Positions 57,352-60,237 of a stretch of DNA of 60,237 bases are shown here, one piece after another (position 1 is the stretch's first letter; every line of letters starts with the position of its first letter). Under the pieces are notes generated by a model. It was given only the letters and a program-made list of their open reading frames with translations. It was not told the DNA's origin and did not search any database. The translations under genes were made by a program, and so were the position numbers. The DNA comes from a virus. Taxonomy: Duplodnaviria > Caudoviricetes. The stretch spans positions 1 to 60,237 of IMG/VR virus record IMGVR_UViG_3300045303_000084. One strand, written 5' to 3'.

Positions 57352-57615
57352 TTGACTTTGATTCGCACGGATGAATCAAATACAGTACGCCGCCCTCACG
57401 GCGTACTCTACGCTGTCCACTTCGATGGATCATTAGAGGAGCGCGACATCCTCGTGTGCCGACACTGCGCCTATACCTGGGCCGTCATCCCAGGGAGCGG
57501 CAAGCAGCGCGGCTGGTGTCGCCTCTGTAGCGGCCCGCTCTGCGGCAAGACGCCGTGCATGACCTCCTGTGTCCCGTATGAGCGGATGATCGAGCAGATC
57601 GAGGCTGGCGGATGA
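57352..57615 (+). CDS. Cys-rich protein
   Basis: CRHC...GSGKQRGWCRLC.GPLCG...C...CVPYE. Confidence 0.55.
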   Translation: MTLIRTDESNTVRRPHGVLYAVHFDGSLEERDILVCRHCAYTWAVIPGSGKQRGWCRLCSGPLCGKTPCMTSCVPYERMIEQIEAGG

Positions 57616-59174
57616 GCAACTGGCTGCTGATCCCGGTCAACGCGGCGATCGGTTGGATTCAGGCTGTCATCGGTGCTGCCACGACTGCGTACAACGACGC
57701 CGCGACGCGCCTGCGTCTTGCCGTTCCCGGCGTCAAGGACGCGACGTTCCGCGCCCGGCTCCAGGCGACCGGGTACAAGGATGCCGGCCTCCGAGCGCGC
57801 GTCAACGTTCGTGGCTTCAAGGACACCGGTGTCCGCTTCCTGCTTCGCGCGACGGCGTACAGAGACGCGACAGCCCGATTCCGCCTCTACGTTCTGAACT
57901 ACCGCGACGCCACCCTCCGGCTGGTACTGCGCGCGACGGGGTACCGTGATGCGGTTGCTAGATTCCGCCTCGCCGCGACCGCATACCGCGATGCGGTCGC
58001 CCGGCTCCGGCTGCGTACAACCGCCTACCGCGACGCAACGCTCCGATTCCGCCTCCTGACGACGGCCTATCGAGACGCCGTCGTTCGTGCTCGAATCGGG
58101 GTGCTCGGCTACAAGGACGCGGCAGCTCGTCTGCGCGTGCGGGCTACGGGCTACCGTGACGCAGCCTTCCGCTTTCGCCTGACCGGCCCGGCCTACCGTG
58201 ATGCTGTTGCTCGATTCGCGCTCCGGACTGGCGCCTATCGGGATGCCACGACTCGCCTCGTGCTCTATGTCCGCAATTATCGAGACGCCGTCCTGCGCCT
58301 GCGACTGGCCGGCACGGCCTACAGGGACGCTGTAACTCGTCTGCGGCTCATGGCGACGGCGTACCGAGATGCTACCCTGCGCTTACGCCTCCAGATCACG
58401 GGCTATCGTGATGCGACCGCCCGCGCTAGGATCAGGGCGACGGCCTACCGCGACGCTACTGTCAGGTTCGTGCTGGCAGCTCCGGGCCTCTCGTACCGTG
58501 ACGCGACGGTCCGTCTTCGCCTCCGGGCAACCGCGTATCTGGACGTGGCAACACGGATCAGGATCGCTGCTCGCGCATTCAAGGACGCGGTTGCCAGGCT
58601 CCGTCTCGCAGGTTCCGGCTTTCGCGACACTGTAATCCGCCTTCGACTCCGGGCGACGGCCTATCTTGACGCCGCGAGCCGCTTCCGGTTGGCCGTTGGC
58701 GCATTCAGAGACGCGACCTCCCGCACCCGAATCCGGGTGCCCGGCTGGCGCGATGCGGTTGCTCGCCTGCGCCTACGGACAACGGCCTACCTGGATGCCA
58801 CGCTCCGAGTGCGATTGGCGGTCCGCGCCTACCGCGACGCCACAGGCCGGCTGCGCCTGGTGGCACTGGCGTTCAGGGATGCTACGGGCCGGGTGCGGGT
58901 CCGTGCGCTCGGTTACCGGGACGCTACCGGGCGCCTCGTGCTGTACGTCGGTGGCTATCGGGATGCAGCGTTCAGGTTGCGGATGATCGCCCCGGGCTAT
59001 CGAGATGCCGGCCTGCGGTTTTCCGTCAGGATCGCCGCCGGCCCCGGCACGGTTACGGCCGGTACGCTTCCGGTTGGTGGTGTGCAATCTGGGGGTATCT
59101 CCATCGGTGGTATCTCCGGCGGTACGCTGGCGGTGGGCGGCGTAGGGTCGGGAACGGCGCCGGAAGACGGATAA
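57612..59174 (+). CDS. Arg-rich tandem-repeat protein (32 x 14 aa)
   Basis: Repeat consensus TAYRDA(T/V)xR(L/F)RLxA; Gly-rich C-terminal tail. Confidence 0.8.
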   Translation: MSNWLLIPVNAAIGWIQAVIGAATTAYNDAATRLRLAVPGVKDATFRARLQATGYKDAGLRARVNVRGFKDTGVRFLLRATAYRDATARFRLYVLNYRDATLRLVLRATGYRDAVARFRLAATAYRDAVARLRLRTTAYRDATLRFRLLTTAYRDAVVRARIGVLGYKDAAARLRVRATGYRDAAFRFRLTGPAYRDAVARFALRTGAYRDATTRLVLYVRNYRDAVLRLRLAGTAYRDAVTRLRLMATAYRDATLRLRLQITGYRDATARARIRATAYRDATVRFVLAAPGLSYRDATVRLRLRATAYLDVATRIRIAARAFKDAVARLRLAGSGFRDTVIRLRLRATAYLDAASRFRLAVGAFRDATSRTRIRVPGWRDAVARLRLRTTAYLDATLRVRLAVRAYRDATGRLRLVALAFRDATGRVRVRALGYRDATGRLVLYVGGYRDAAFRLRMIAPGYRDAGLRFSVRIAAGPGTVTAGTLPVGGVQSGGISIGGISGGTLAVGGVGSGTAPEDG

Positions 59175-59185
59175 GGAGGTGCGAC

Positions 59186-59527
59186 GTGCCCGATGTTGGG
59201 GATATGTACCGATTTGGTAATTACAGTACCGCCGTCAACCAGGACGGAACGACGGCTGCTGCGTTTACCGATCTCGCCGGAGTTGCGCAAGATCCGACGA
59301 CGGTTACGCTCATCATCCTGAAGCCGGATCGGACAACACGGCTGGTGTACGGCTGGCCGTCCGCTGGCGTGGACGGCACGCTCGTCAAGGAAGCGACCGG
59401 GCGATTCTACGCCGATGTCATTCTCGATCAGTCCGGCAAATGGCGTCAACGGCTCCAGAGTACGGGTATCCCCACAGCGGCATCCGAATCAATCCTCGTC
59501 GTTGAGAAGCAGCGGGTGACGCCGTGA
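59186..59527 (+). CDS. Ig-like/BppU-like structural protein
   Basis: DPTTVTL....PD...TG.FYADV.LDQSGKW; SD AAGGAGG. Confidence 0.55.
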   Translation: MPDVGDMYRFGNYSTAVNQDGTTAAAFTDLAGVAQDPTTVTLIILKPDRTTRLVYGWPSAGVDGTLVKEATGRFYADVILDQSGKWRQRLQSTGIPTAASESILVVEKQRVTP

Positions 59528-59690
59528 CCGACCGACAGATCGTCCGCGCTCGGATCACGTTCTGGCCCGGCGAGCGCTATGCCTGTGCGTGGCCGATGGA
59601 CCCCGACGAGGAGGAACGGTTCTGGCTGCTCGATCCGTATGGTCAGATCGTCGCGACGTTCTGGCGGTACAAGTTTGGGATGTTTCGCCG

Positions 59691-59942
59691 ATGACCGAGT
59701 TAGCGACGGTCTGGGTTCTCGTGAGTAATGACCTCTGTATGGGTGTCTTCCGAACTCGTGAGGCTGCCGAACGGCATGCTGAGGAGATCCTGGGTGGTCC
59801 GGAGCGTCGTCAGTATGAAGACTGGATCGGACCTTGGACATTGGAGGATGAAGACGAGGCGGATGCCATCAGAGTCCGATACGTCCGAGAAACGGACGAC
59901 GGGCCACGATTCGTCCTAGAACGAATCAAGGTTTCAGCATGA
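59691..59942 (+). CDS. Hypothetical protein
   Basis: VWVL...MGVFRTREAAE. Confidence 0.45.
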   Translation: MTELATVWVLVSNDLCMGVFRTREAAERHAEEILGGPERRQYEDWIGPWTLEDEDEADAIRVRYVRETDDGPRFVLERIKVSA

Positions 59943-60142
59943 CCCGCTCCGATCGTCTGAAAGCCGCGCTCGTGGCGCTCGTGGACGAACGACACGAGGA
60001 GATCGACGCGCTTCGGTCGGTACGTGTGATTGGCATCGTTCTCACGCTTGATGATGCGGGCTGCGTAGATCAGGAGCAGGTCCGTTACGAGTCGAAGCGG
60101 GAACGCCGGAGAAAGCCTACGGATCATAGTCGCGTGGCATAG
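59939..60142 (+). CDS. Hypothetical protein
   Basis: ATGA-coupled. Confidence 0.45.
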   Translation: MTRSDRLKAALVALVDERHEEIDALRSVRVIGIVLTLDDAGCVDQEQVRYESKRERRRKPTDHSRVA

Positions 60143-60237
60143 CGTGTGATACGATAGTCGCAACGAGCGCAGCGCGCTCACCATACGCTCATCCGGCCGA
60201 GAAGTAGAGGGGGCCGGGCTTTCCTAGGTTTAGGAAA

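Noticed and set aside
57680-59040. 42-bp periodic DNA as a CRISPR array
   Set aside because: The periodicity is that of a coding repeat with synonymous divergence; there is no repeat-spacer structure and no cas operon

Overview
The window looks like an essentially complete, circularly permuted ~60 kb genome of a temperate siphovirus-type phage from a high-GC host. The host cannot be assigned from sequence alone; Chloroflexota or Actinomycetota are guesses. Gene order: scaffold, decoration and major capsid (67-2172); neck and small membrane genes; tail tube; tail chaperones with a G-GGA-AAC -1 frameshift; tape measure; tail tip; multi-domain endolysin (to 25439); an accessory/early region; tRNA-Ser overlapping a tyrosine integrase, then repressor and Cro (30606-32712); modification and replication genes; terminases, portal and MuF-like gene (46939-52396); and a putative head-appendage module containing a 32 x 14-aa repeat protein. 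The most striking feature is a family of seven homing-endonuclease cassettes (several HNH types, HNH-AP2, LAGLIDADG), six antisense and one sense, each at the 5' end of a late gene. Each carries the same leader: an extended -10 box (TGGTAWAAT-like), RCAC, a covarying GC hairpin, a (G)ACACC-like box and an SD. At five sites a remnant of the target gene's old N-terminus lies upstream and a diverged new N-terminus lies downstream. In most cases an open sense-strand frame runs across the antisense cassette and ends at the downstream start codon. Other highlights: a DNA methyltransferase whose SPPY motif is split by a 6-nt TGA-CTT insert, a probable attP lying inside both a phage tRNA and the integrase 3' end, and a deaminase/dNTP-pyrophosphohydrolase fusion. 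All family assignments are from motif recognition by eye; no database searches were run.
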